Below are positions 35,957 through 44,845 of a stretch of DNA of 46,168 bases, piece by piece. The number at the start of each line of letters is the position of its first letter. The first letter of the stretch is position 1. The translations under genes were made by a program, and so were the position numbers. Under the pieces are notes generated by a model. It searched no databases. It saw only the letters and a list, made by a program, of their open reading frames with translations, and was not told the DNA's origin. This stretch comes from a virus (taxonomy: Duplodnaviria > Caudoviricetes): the IMG/VR virus record IMGVR_UViG_3300032332_001684, positions 1-46,168 of that record, one strand, 5' to 3'.

Positions 35957-37020
35957 AATGGACAGTCAATGCCAACATTCCTGTTGAGTTTGATATTACC
36001 AAAATAGACAATATCAAGCCCTATATAGATTCAAATGTAGGACGTAATATTGTCGTGGTTGATCGCACAGTTTATGATCTATATCCTGATCTGTTCAAGT
36101 TAAAATCAAAAGATGCTGTGTTGGTAATTAACTGTCAAGAATCTACAAAGAATATTTCTTTGGTAGAGCAAATATTGTCTTTCTTTGAACAACAACAGGT
36201 GTTAAGAAGGGCCGAACCTATCTTGGCTATTGGTGGAGGAGTGCTATTAGACACTGTGGGATTCTGTTGCAGTATCTATCGTAGGGGAATACCTTACATA
36301 AGAATACCTACCACCTTGTTGGCCATTGTTGATGCCAGTGTAGGAGCCAAAACCGGTATCAATCATTTTGATAGAAGAAACAGATTAGGCAGTTATTATC
36401 CTCCTAGAACAACTATCATTGATCGATCTTTTATCAAAACTCAAACTGCTAGAGACATTGCTAACGGAGTAGCAGAAATATTGAAATTGGCCATTGTGCT
36501 GGATCTAGAGCTATTTGAACTGTTAGAATCATCAAACTCTTTGATTAACAATAAATTCCAGTGTCAGGTCGCTGACAATATTATAGATCGATCAATTACG
36601 GGTATGATAACAGCACTGAATCAAAATCTTTGGGAACATAATCTACAGAGGGAAGTAGATTTTGGTCATACATTTAGCCCAATTGTCGAAATGAAAAATA
36701 TAGAAACTATGCTGCATGGCGAAGCAGTTATATTAGATTGTCTTTTTAGCTGTTGCATATCTACCAACAGAGGTTTATTAGATTACCAAAACTTATACAG
36801 AATCCTCAAAGTAATTCAACAATTTGGTCTTCCTACTCAGCATGAAGATTTTTACAACCAAGACCTCTTGGATTTAGGATTTAAAGATGTTATAAAACAT
36901 AGAAACGGCAATCAATACTTGCCGTTGCCTACAAAAATAGGACAATGCAGAATTGTCAATGACATCAACTATAGAGAAATTCAAGAAGCAGTTAACACTA
37001 TGAGAATGTTAAATGAATAA
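35953..37020 (+). CDS. Sedoheptulose-7-phosphate cyclase, 2-epi-5-epi-valiolone synthase (EEVS)-type
   Basis: GGGVLLD, YRRGIPY.RIPTTLLAIVDASVGAKTG, NLWE..LQR.VDFGHTFSP, LHGEAV. Confidence 0.85.
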   Translation: MKWTVNANIPVEFDITKIDNIKPYIDSNVGRNIVVVDRTVYDLYPDLFKLKSKDAVLVINCQESTKNISLVEQILSFFEQQQVLRRAEPILAIGGGVLLDTVGFCCSIYRRGIPYIRIPTTLLAIVDASVGAKTGINHFDRRNRLGSYYPPRTTIIDRSFIKTQTARDIANGVAEILKLAIVLDLELFELLESSNSLINNKFQCQVADNIIDRSITGMITALNQNLWEHNLQREVDFGHTFSPIVEMKNIETMLHGEAVILDCLFSCCISTNRGLLDYQNLYRILKVIQQFGLPTQHEDFYNQDLLDLGFKDVIKHRNGNQYLPLPTKIGQCRIVNDINYREIQEAVNTMRMLNE

Positions 37021-37681
37021 GCATGCCCTAATTACCGGTACCAGCAGAGGATTGGGCCTAGAAACTGTCAAACACTTTTTATCTAAAGGTTGGTCTGTTA
37101 CAGGCATATCAAGAACTCAATCATTAACTCACAGCAACTATCAACATCTTTCCGCAGATATTTCAAATAGAGATGAACTGGCCAAAGTAATTTCCTATAT
37201 TCATTCGGACATTGATCTATTGATCAACAACGCCGCGGTATTTTCAATGCAGCCTTTTTCTAGTGAGTCTATCAATAACATTGAACAGATCATAGATATC
37301 AATCTAAAAGGCAGTATCTATACCACTAAATTCTGTTTAAGGCAATTACGAAATAGCAGCAAAATAATTTTTATTAATTCAGTAGCAGGGTTATCTGAAC
37401 TGGAAAATCAATCAGTATACTGTGCTGCCAAACACGGATTGACAGCGTTTGCAGGAGTGCTTGGAAAAGAATTAAGAACACAGGGAATAAAGGTTGCCAG
37501 TATCCATCCTGGCGGAATTAACACCAGCCTATGGAATGCCAGTAATCCCTATCCCTGTGGACCTGCTGAATCAGCTATGCCTGCACAGGCAGTGATCGAT
37601 GTTATTGATTTTATAGCCAACAGTGCTTACGACGTTGACTACAAAACTGTAAAACTTTTCCCCTCGATAGAATGGCACTAA
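37013..37681 (+). CDS. SDR family oxidoreductase
   Basis: TGTSRGLG, LINNAA, INS, YCAAK, PGG.NT. Confidence 0.9.
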   Translation: MNKHALITGTSRGLGLETVKHFLSKGWSVTGISRTQSLTHSNYQHLSADISNRDELAKVISYIHSDIDLLINNAAVFSMQPFSSESINNIEQIIDINLKGSIYTTKFCLRQLRNSSKIIFINSVAGLSELENQSVYCAAKHGLTAFAGVLGKELRTQGIKVASIHPGGINTSLWNASNPYPCGPAESAMPAQAVIDVIDFIANSAYDVDYKTVKLFPSIEWH

Positions 37682-37725
37682 CAATAGATCAAGATGCTTT
37701 CGACAGCGGCCAGATAGGCAGTAAA

Positions 37726-37847
37726 GTTTGGGTTTTGCTGCTCAAACAGTGATCATGTCCTTGATCCTGTTCAAGTGAAGTATAAATAGTTTTATGAAGA
37801 TCAGTGAATTATTAACCGAAAAGCACATTGCCAACCCTACTAAGAGT
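37726..37847 (+). repeat. Right copy of the 122-bp direct repeat
   Basis: Matches 34088-34209; TATAAATA at 37781-37788. Confidence 0.92.
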
Positions 37848-38045
37848 CAGTGTGCCATTAAACGACTGAGCAATGTGAGATACAGTCAGTGTGTGAGTCT
37901 TGGCTTGCGAGCACACGACAGCGAACATACTGCCGGGACTGGCACACAGGGCAAAAAGGGAACCGGCGTTAGACTAAAGGGCAAACGTATGCGTAGCGAA
38001 AAGCACGGTGGTCCTGTAAAGAATTACGGCGGCGACCACAGTTAA
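37794..38045 (+). CDS. Small basic late protein
   Basis: Starts 5 nt after a perfect TATAAATA; MKISELL start. Confidence 0.75.
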   Translation: MKISELLTEKHIANPTKSQCAIKRLSNVRYSQCVSLGLRAHDSEHTAGTGTQGKKGTGVRLKGKRMRSEKHGGPVKNYGGDHS

Positions 38046-38383
38046 AAGTCGCGTAGGTTTCCGGCTATTAGTTGTAAAACTTCTTCGTGATCTAATTGGC
38101 CCAGTATGGATCCTAACCCGTAGATTTTGTCATCGTTGTCGTTCATCAAATGTGATAGTCCTACAAACTCCAGCAATTCACTGTAACTAATGGGTTCGTC
38201 ACGCATGTGACTGACCCAGATACAGGTAATAAAGGCACAACTCATTAGGGTTTGATCGTCGGTAATACCGCGTTCTTCGCACCATGCCACAGTGCGATTT
38301 AGATAGTAGTCAATGTCCTCTAGACGATTTTCCAGTTGAGAGATCCATTCCTGTGTATGCTCTCGGAACCAAGGCTGGGTCAT
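38042..38383 (-). CDS. Hypothetical protein
   Basis: ATGA overlap with the iscA stop. Confidence 0.7.
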   Translation of the reverse strand: MTQPWFREHTQEWISQLENRLEDIDYYLNRTVAWCEERGITDDQTLMSCAFITCIWVSHMRDEPISYSELLEFVGLSHLMNDNDDKIYGLGSILGQLDHEEVLQLIAGNLRDF

Positions 38384-38700
38384 ATGGAAAAACTCTCGCC
38401 ACAACCGCATTCGTTTTTGGAGTTGGGATTGCGGAATTCAAATTCGTGATTGAGTCCGCGACTGACCCAGTCCATCACAGTGCCCTGTAGATAGATGCTG
38501 TGCCGCGGGTCCATGTAAATGTGTACACCCTTGGATTCGTAAATGGCCAACGTGGAGTCGATTTTGTCTATGAATTCCAGAATGTAACTCAAGCCCGAGC
38601 AGCCGGAAGTTCTCACGCCAATGCGTATGCCCAGTCCTTTACCGCGGTGTAGTAATTGTTCTTGGACTCTGTTGGCTGCTGAATCAGTTAGGGTAATCAT
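38380..38700 (-). CDS. iscA: A-type Fe-S cluster carrier, IscA-like
   Basis: MITLTDSAA, GIRIGV..SGCSGLSY, F.NPN....CGCGESF. Confidence 0.88.
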   Translation of the reverse strand: MITLTDSAANRVQEQLLHRGKGLGIRIGVRTSGCSGLSYILEFIDKIDSTLAIYESKGVHIYMDPRHSIYLQGTVMDWVSRGLNHEFEFRNPNSKNECGCGESFSI

Positions 38701-38741
38701 AGTAGTTTTTAACTTGAGTATTTATGTCGATAAATAGTTCT

Positions 38742-39065
38742 ATGATAACAATAAGTCAAAGTGCTCGTGCCAAGATACTGGATCTACTAGCGGAAGAAAA
38801 CAATCCTGATGTCTTTGTGCGGGCGTTTGTACAAGGTGGCGGGTGTAGTGGATTCAGTTATGGGTTTACGTTTGATCAACAGCCAGGAGAAGATGATCAT
38901 GAGTTTCTCTTGGGGTCTGGTCGGATCATGATAGACTCTATGAGCATGGCGTATCTTGAGGGTGCTGAAATAGACTACAGTGAAGGTCTGTTGGAAAGTG
39001 GGTTTACTGTTCGTAACCCTAATGCTGTAACATCTTGCGGTTGCGGAAACAGTTTCTCTGTTTAA
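38742..39065 (+). CDS. erpA: A-type Fe-S cluster carrier, ErpA-like
   Basis: R.FVQGGGCSGFSYGFTFD, DSMSM.YL.GAEIDY, NPNA..SCGCGNSFS. Confidence 0.88.
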   Translation: MITISQSARAKILDLLAEENNPDVFVRAFVQGGGCSGFSYGFTFDQQPGEDDHEFLLGSGRIMIDSMSMAYLEGAEIDYSEGLLESGFTVRNPNAVTSCGCGNSFSV

Positions 39066-39072
39066 TCTATGG

Positions 39073-39101
39073 TTGACAGCACATCCAATCTGTGGTATAC
39101 T
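39073..39101 (+). promoter_or_regulatory. Sigma70 promoter for the ligase operon
   Basis: TTGACA, 17-bp spacer, TATACT, with an extended -10 TG. Confidence 0.8.
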
Positions 39102-39133
39102 AGCAGTATCTTAACCACACCGACACAGATTCT

Positions 39134-40453
39134 ATGAGTAATTGTTTTCGAGTTATCACTGCCCTGGAACAACACCCCAGTCGTATCAACAAAGAACAAA
39201 TCCTAGAGGCCGAAGCCGTGTCAGACAATACCGAATTGTTTGCAGGCATGCGAATGGCCTTGGATGCACTGATCACGTTTGGTGTACGTCAAGTACCGAT
39301 TAAAAAATCAACTGATCCACAGACCAGTCCGACTGGATTACATTGGGATGCATTTGCCCTACAGGTACAAGCCCTAATTGACCGTAGAGCAACTGGTCAC
39401 CTTGCCCGTGATTTGATTGAGCATCTCATGTACTGTGCCACTGAACAGCAGTGGAATGGATGGTATCGTCGTATCCTAATCAAAGACCTGCGTTGTGGAG
39501 TCAGTGAAAAGACCATCAACAAGGTACTCAAAGTATTTCCTGGTATTGCTTCGATTCCAGTGTTTGAGTGTCAGTTGGCACATGATGGAGCCAACCATGA
39601 GAAGAAGATTGTGGGTCGTAAATTGTTGGAGCCCAAACTGGATGGAGTTCGTTGTCTCACAGTGATTGACTATGAAAATCGCACAGTGACTCAGTTCAGT
39701 CGCAATGGCAAAGAGTTGACCAATTTTGGTCACATCACCAGTGCCATACTGGACAATATTGATTTATTGGCTCGTAGTTATGTATTGGATGGAGAGATTG
39801 TCAGTGCCAGTTTTCAGGATCTCATGAAGCAGGTACATCGCAAGGATGATGTGCAGGCTGAGGATGCGCGATTGATGTTGTTCGACATTGTTCCGCTCAG
39901 TGAGTTTCGAGCAGGAGCCAGTGTTTTAGGACAACGTCGCCGCAGTAATTTTCTTCGTGGGTTAAGGCGTATCTTTGATCACATTGGCAGTATTGACATC
40001 ATTCCGCAGAAAGAAGTGGATCTGGATGGATTAGTTGGTCAGTTGGAGTATCGTCAGTACAACAAGGATGCAGTGGATTCTGGCTATGAAGGCATTATGA
40101 TCAAGGATCCAGATGCTGTATATGAGTGCAAGCGTTCAGTGTCTTGGCTCAAGCAAAAGCCGTTCATCGAAGTCAGTCTCACTGTGGTTGAAACAGAAGA
40201 AGGTACTGGCCGCAATGCAGGCAAGATGGGTGCCTTGGTTTGTGAAGGCATTGACGATGACAAACACATTCGTGTGAATGTTGGCAGTGGGTTTACTGAT
40301 CAAGAGCGAGATGAGTTTTGGGCTTGTCGAACAGATGGGCAGGTTGTTGAAGTACGTGCGGATGCCATCACGCAGAATCAAGATGGCACATATAGCCTGC
40401 GATTCCCTAGGTTCTTAAAGTTTCGCGGGTTTCGTGCAGGTGAAAAAATCTAA
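39134..40453 (+). CDS. ATP-dependent DNA ligase (T4 gp30-like)
   Basis: EPKLDGVR, SRNGK, LDGEI, FDIV, EGIMIK, KRS..WLK, VGSGF, SLRFPRF. Confidence 0.93.
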   Translation: MSNCFRVITALEQHPSRINKEQILEAEAVSDNTELFAGMRMALDALITFGVRQVPIKKSTDPQTSPTGLHWDAFALQVQALIDRRATGHLARDLIEHLMYCATEQQWNGWYRRILIKDLRCGVSEKTINKVLKVFPGIASIPVFECQLAHDGANHEKKIVGRKLLEPKLDGVRCLTVIDYENRTVTQFSRNGKELTNFGHITSAILDNIDLLARSYVLDGEIVSASFQDLMKQVHRKDDVQAEDARLMLFDIVPLSEFRAGASVLGQRRRSNFLRGLRRIFDHIGSIDIIPQKEVDLDGLVGQLEYRQYNKDAVDSGYEGIMIKDPDAVYECKRSVSWLKQKPFIEVSLTVVETEEGTGRNAGKMGALVCEGIDDDKHIRVNVGSGFTDQERDEFWACRTDGQVVEVRADAITQNQDGTYSLRFPRFLKFRGFRAGEKI

Positions 40454-40470
40454 AAGGAGATTGACAGTAA

Positions 40471-40689
40471 GTGAGTAAAGAAGATGTAATTGCCTTGGAA
40501 GGAGTCATCAATGAAGTTCTTCCAAATGCCATGTTTAGGGTACAGTTAGAAAATGGTCCAATTGTGTTGGGTCATATATCGGGTCGGATGCGTCAAAACA
40601 AAATTCAGATCCTCACCGGAGATCGGGTACGTGTGGAAATGTCGCCGTATGATGTTTCCAAGGCCAGGATTGTTTATCGCGAGCGGTAA
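40471..40689 (+). CDS. infA: Translation initiation factor IF-1
   Basis: [33 protein letters not shown]...IQIL.GDRV.VEMSPYD; GTG start with AGGAG RBS. Confidence 0.93.
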   Translation: MSKEDVIALEGVINEVLPNAMFRVQLENGPIVLGHISGRMRQNKIQILTGDRVRVEMSPYDVSKARIVYRER

Positions 40690-41172
40690 GTGTTTATCTT
40701 TCAAGATTTTCTAGATCCAGAAACCTGTACTGTTTACAAGCAGCGGGTCAGTGATCATTATCAAAAGCAAATTGCTGATGGGCGTGATCCTATGAGTTTC
40801 ATGGATTCCAGAAATCTCGACGTCACGGATGATCCAATCAGGTCTAAGGTACAGGAATTTTTAGAATCTCGTCTCAGGGTGCGTTTGCATTGTCATCAAG
40901 TTGAGTTACAGACTTGGCCCATAGGATGTCCAGTTGGTCTTCATCGGCATGATCGTCAAGGCAGGGAAACTGGCGATTACAACAGTTTACTTTATTTGAA
41001 TTCAAATTTCAGTGGAGGTGAGTTTTACACCGACACTGGTATAATATTGCGTCCCAGTATCGGTACGCTGACCTTTTTTGATGGCAGTAAGGTCATGCAC
41101 GGAGTAAGGCCAGTGGCAGTCAACCATCGTCACACCATAATCTTTTGGTGGGAGAGCACTGAGTTCTATTGA
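40690..41172 (+). CDS. 2OG-Fe(II) oxygenase (prolyl-hydroxylase-like)
   Basis: H.HD, LYLN..F.GGE, HGV, R.TI. Confidence 0.85.
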   Translation: MFIFQDFLDPETCTVYKQRVSDHYQKQIADGRDPMSFMDSRNLDVTDDPIRSKVQEFLESRLRVRLHCHQVELQTWPIGCPVGLHRHDRQGRETGDYNSLLYLNSNFSGGEFYTDTGIILRPSIGTLTFFDGSKVMHGVRPVAVNHRHTIIFWWESTEFY

Positions 41173-41685
41173 TCAGTTGATATAGTCTATCCAACTGGGA
41201 TGTTGTAGGTCCCAACTCATTTTCCTACGTTTTTCCACCAGTTCGTAGTAACTGGGTTTTCTCGGTGCGATCTTAGGTTTGATCTGTTGATTATTGCCTT
41301 TGCGACTGTTGCAGTCACCACAAGCACACACACAATTTTCCCATATGCTCTTACCGCCGTGACTGATTGGCAGTACATGGTCCAATGTGGCATAGCGTTT
41401 CTGTATGTCTATGCCGCAGTATTGGCAGCGGTATTGGTCGCGGAGGAATACGTTTTGTTTGCTGAAACGAACAGCAGTTTTCTTTTTTTGGTATTCCCGT
41501 AGCATCATCACAGCAGGTACAGGAGTGCTCCAGTTTACACTGTGAACAATCCAGTCTGTGTGCCATTCCAGCACAGAGGCTTTATCTGTGACTAGATATT
41601 TAATGGCTTCCTCCCAAGTAATGGTGCTCAATGGCAACATACTAATAGGAGCAGCGTCTGCATTAAGTACAAGTGTGGCCGACAT
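41173..41685 (-). CDS. HNH endonuclease
   Basis: LVLNA, NVFLRD.YRCQYCG, TLDHVLP.SHGG..WENCV.AC..CN..K. Confidence 0.9.
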   Translation of the reverse strand: MSATLVLNADAAPISMLPLSTITWEEAIKYLVTDKASVLEWHTDWIVHSVNWSTPVPAVMMLREYQKKKTAVRFSKQNVFLRDQYRCQYCGIDIQKRYATLDHVLPISHGGKSIWENCVCACGDCNSRKGNNQQIKPKIAPRKPSYYELVEKRRKMSWDLQHPSWIDYIN

Positions 41686-41777
41686 TTTGACTAGTATTTA
41701 TCAGATAAACTATAGCACAAGAACTACTGAAATACAACTAAATAACCTAAATTAGGTAACTTTGGGATATAAACAAT

Positions 41778-43352
41778 ATGACCATTCAATATATTAACAC
41801 CGGGTCGGGAGCCAATGCAGGGGATGGTGACAGCATAAGATCTGCCTTCGTCAAGGTCAACAACAATTTCAAAGAGTTGAGCATGGCCAGTTGGGCTATT
41901 TCTTCATCAACTCTCTATTATGATGTACTTCCTTATGCCAATCTAAGTTATAATATAGGTAGTTCTTTGCAGCGATGGAATAATGTTAGTGCAAAGACAT
42001 TATCTCTGGAAACAGTAACAATTGCTTCTACCAGTGGGTTCTTGACTGTAAATGGTAATAGATTATCAGTTACTGAAGTAGGAATTAATCCACCATACCG
42101 TCCTTCCGTAGGAACAACCTGGTATGATACTACCAATGGTAGGTTATATGTTTATTATGATGGTACCTGGGTGGATGCCAGTCCGGGTTCTGGATCGGGC
42201 GGAAGCAGTGACTTTTTATCGGTTGACAGCGATATTCTTCCACGAGTTGATTTTTATTATAATATTGGTTCTGCCAATAAAAAATGGAACAATGTCTATC
42301 TAGGTGGGGATGTTGTTATTAACAGTGTTCCGGTGTCTATCAACTATGATCGCAAATTAACCATTGATGGAGTTGAGTATAAAGGTGTCCAGGGTGTCCA
42401 AGGAACACAAGGTGTCCAGGGACGTCTTGGTACCCAAGGAACCCAAGGAACCCAGGGTATACAAGGAACCCAGGGTGTACAAGGAATGGTTGGTACTCAA
42501 GGTGTTCAGGGTACACAAGGTGTTCAGGGTGTGCAAGGTATAATAGGAATCGTAGGTGGTGTAACTTACACTGTGACTAATTCGGGTGCCAGTGCGTACA
42601 CAATAAATGGTAATAGTAATCCTGCAATAAGTCTAACTAGAGGATTTACTTACTATTTTAATGTCAATGCCAACGGACATCCTTTTTGGATTAAAACGAG
42701 CCAAGTTACAGGTACCGGTAATGATTACTCATCGGGAGTAACAAATAACGGCACACCAATGGGAACAATTATTTTTACTGTACCGTTAGATGCTCCTTCG
42801 GTATTATACTATATTTGTCAATTCCACGGTTCAATGGTAGGGCAATTTAATATAACCGATACAGGACCCCCAGGTGCTCAAGGAACTACAGGGGTACAAG
42901 GAACGCAAGGTCCTCCTGCAGATCAATCATTGAACACCACAAGTAGTGTAACATTTGCCAGTGTCACTGCAACCACTATAACAGCAGGTGTTGCACAGAA
43001 TAACACCAGTACCACACAAGTTGGATATTTGGTTGTTCCACAAAATGCCACTAGTTTGTCCTATACATTGGCATTGAGTGATCAGGGCAAGCATATTTAC
43101 AGCACCACAATGTTGAGTAATCAGGTTATCACCATACCGCCAGATAGTAGTGTAGAATTTCCTATTGGAACCGCAGTTACTGTAGTATTGCAAGGACTAG
43201 GTAGTTTATCTATCAATACCGGTACCGGTGTTACCATGTATCTTGCAGGATCAGGCAATACTGGAAATAAAGTATTAACAGCATATGGAATGGCTACATT
43301 AATGAAGGTTTCTACAAATACTTGGTTTATCAACGGCACAGGATTGTTATAA
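41778..43352 (+). CDS. Virion fibre protein with collagen-like repeats and a cupredoxin-like insert
   Basis: N-terminal IN.G..ANAGDGDSIRSAF.KVN.NF, (G-X-Q)n repeats, HPF..YYICQFHGSM, C-terminal TIP.DSSV.FPIGT...W.I.G; TAAATA upstream. Confidence 0.8.
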   Translation: MTIQYINTGSGANAGDGDSIRSAFVKVNNNFKELSMASWAISSSTLYYDVLPYANLSYNIGSSLQRWNNVSAKTLSLETVTIASTSGFLTVNGNRLSVTEVGINPPYRPSVGTTWYDTTNGRLYVYYDGTWVDASPGSGSGGSSDFLSVDSDILPRVDFYYNIGSANKKWNNVYLGGDVVINSVPVSINYDRKLTIDGVEYKGVQGVQGTQGVQGRLGTQGTQGTQGIQGTQGVQGMVGTQGVQGTQGVQGVQGIIGIVGGVTYTVTNSGASAYTINGNSNPAISLTRGFTYYFNVNANGHPFWIKTSQVTGTGNDYSSGVTNNGTPMGTIIFTVPLDAPSVLYYICQFHGSMVGQFNITDTGPPGAQGTTGVQGTQGPPADQSLNTTSSVTFASVTATTITAGVAQNNTSTTQVGYLVVPQNATSLSYTLALSDQGKHIYSTTMLSNQVITIPPDSSVEFPIGTAVTVVLQGLGSLSINTGTGVTMYLAGSGNTGNKVLTAYGMATLMKVSTNTWFINGTGLL

Positions 43353-43353
43353 C

Positions 43354-44808
43354 ATGGCCGGGATAATGCAGAATATCATTTCCAGTCGAGGGGAAAAAGC
43401 AGTTGGGTATCGGGGGCGCAGTTCATTTGGTAAAAGTATGGTATTTGGTAGTACAGCAGGAACAGCGTTGGGCTCTGGTGATGCCACAAAGATGTCATCA
43501 TTAAATATTAGTGGGCTATCCGCAGTTGGTTCTGGATCGTGGACTATTGAGTATTGGTTAAAATTTTCAAACATTCAGTTTAATGAAGGAGTTATTCATC
43601 AAAGCGGTCAAGTAATTTTAAGCAGTGTTCCTCTCACCAACAGTTTAGTAATACTACACACTGCCGATGCTGTAAAAGTCAACAACAATGTAGTCACTGT
43701 AGCAGACATGAAAATACCCAATACTGCTGTCCAGACACAGGCCTGGGGATTGAATACTTGGTATCATGTAGCCATAGTTAGGAACGGAACTGCACTAACC
43801 TGTTGGATCAATGGAAGTCGTACAACATCGGGTGTAATCACAGATAATAACGTATATTCAGAATTGCCAATTGAAATTGGAACTTGGTTAGCCGATCATG
43901 GATTAGGTACTACAAACAATTTCATAGGTAGCCTATATAATTTTAGAATAGTAAATGGGTCAGCAGTGTATGATACTGCCGATGCTACAATCACAGTTCC
44001 AAGTGTACCATTGGATCTCTACAGTACTACTACTCGATTGCTGATGTTATCTAAAGATTCTAGCAGTAATTTATTAATTGATAGCAGTGGTAGTTCGTCA
44101 ATCACTCCAATGGCAGGAACAGTGTTAGGAAGTAGTACAACTCCATTTAGTGACACAGTTTCAACAACATCTGCTATCTTGTCTTATTCATCTCCTTTTG
44201 TATCAGGCAAATCAGGCAGTTATCTTTTCTCAGGAACCAGCGGTAGTTATGTCAGCAGTACAGATGTGTCTAGGTTTGCCGTTGGAACTGGTGATTTTAC
44301 TGTGGAATGGTTTGCTTATCAACTGAATACAAATTCTAATCCCAGTGCATGGTGGTATGGTACTTCCAGTTTAGGTATAGCATTTGAAGGCAGTGGAACC
44401 ACAGCAGATATTAAACTGTATGCAGGTGGGTCTTCAGTTGTGTTGGCCGCCGGGTTAGCCAAAAGTTCTTATATCGGGCAATGGACTCATTGGGCAGTGG
44501 TAAGGATCGGCGGTACAACCACTCTCTATCGTAATGGTATTTCAGTTGGTACTGTGGCCTTTGCTGCTGACATTACTGATTCTGCCTCAACCTTTTACAT
44601 AGGTAATCGTGGACCTAGTAGTACTAATGATCAGTCGTTCAATGGATATATCACCAATGTTCGTATAATTAAAGGAGTAGGAATATACACAGGTAGTTTC
44701 ACAGTGCCTACCAATAATTTACTCAGGGTTCAGATAGCGAATTACTATGGTGGATCCAACACCAGTGCTGTTCGTTCCGAGCAGGTTGTCTTGTTAATGG
44801 TACCATAG
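43354..44808 (+). CDS. Virion protein with two ConA/LamG-like domains
   Basis: WTIEYW...WYHVAIVRNG and DFTVEWF...WTHWAVVR..G...LYRNG..FNGYITNVRIIKG. Confidence 0.8.
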   Translation: MAGIMQNIISSRGEKAVGYRGRSSFGKSMVFGSTAGTALGSGDATKMSSLNISGLSAVGSGSWTIEYWLKFSNIQFNEGVIHQSGQVILSSVPLTNSLVILHTADAVKVNNNVVTVADMKIPNTAVQTQAWGLNTWYHVAIVRNGTALTCWINGSRTTSGVITDNNVYSELPIEIGTWLADHGLGTTNNFIGSLYNFRIVNGSAVYDTADATITVPSVPLDLYSTTTRLLMLSKDSSSNLLIDSSGSSSITPMAGTVLGSSTTPFSDTVSTTSAILSYSSPFVSGKSGSYLFSGTSGSYVSSTDVSRFAVGTGDFTVEWFAYQLNTNSNPSAWWYGTSSLGIAFEGSGTTADIKLYAGGSSVVLAAGLAKSSYIGQWTHWAVVRIGGTTTLYRNGISVGTVAFAADITDSASTFYIGNRGPSSTNDQSFNGYITNVRIIKGVGIYTGSFTVPTNNLLRVQIANYYGGSNTSAVRSEQVVLLMVP

Positions 44809-44845
44809 ATTGGGTAAATAGTGATGTATAAACCGGAATAAAAAC

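Noticed and set aside
35953-37020. 3-dehydroquinate synthase (aroB) or MAA-pathway DDG synthase
   Set aside because: The active-site segment NLWE..VDFGHTFSP fits EEVS, and there are no shikimate, O-methyltransferase or ATP-grasp neighbours.
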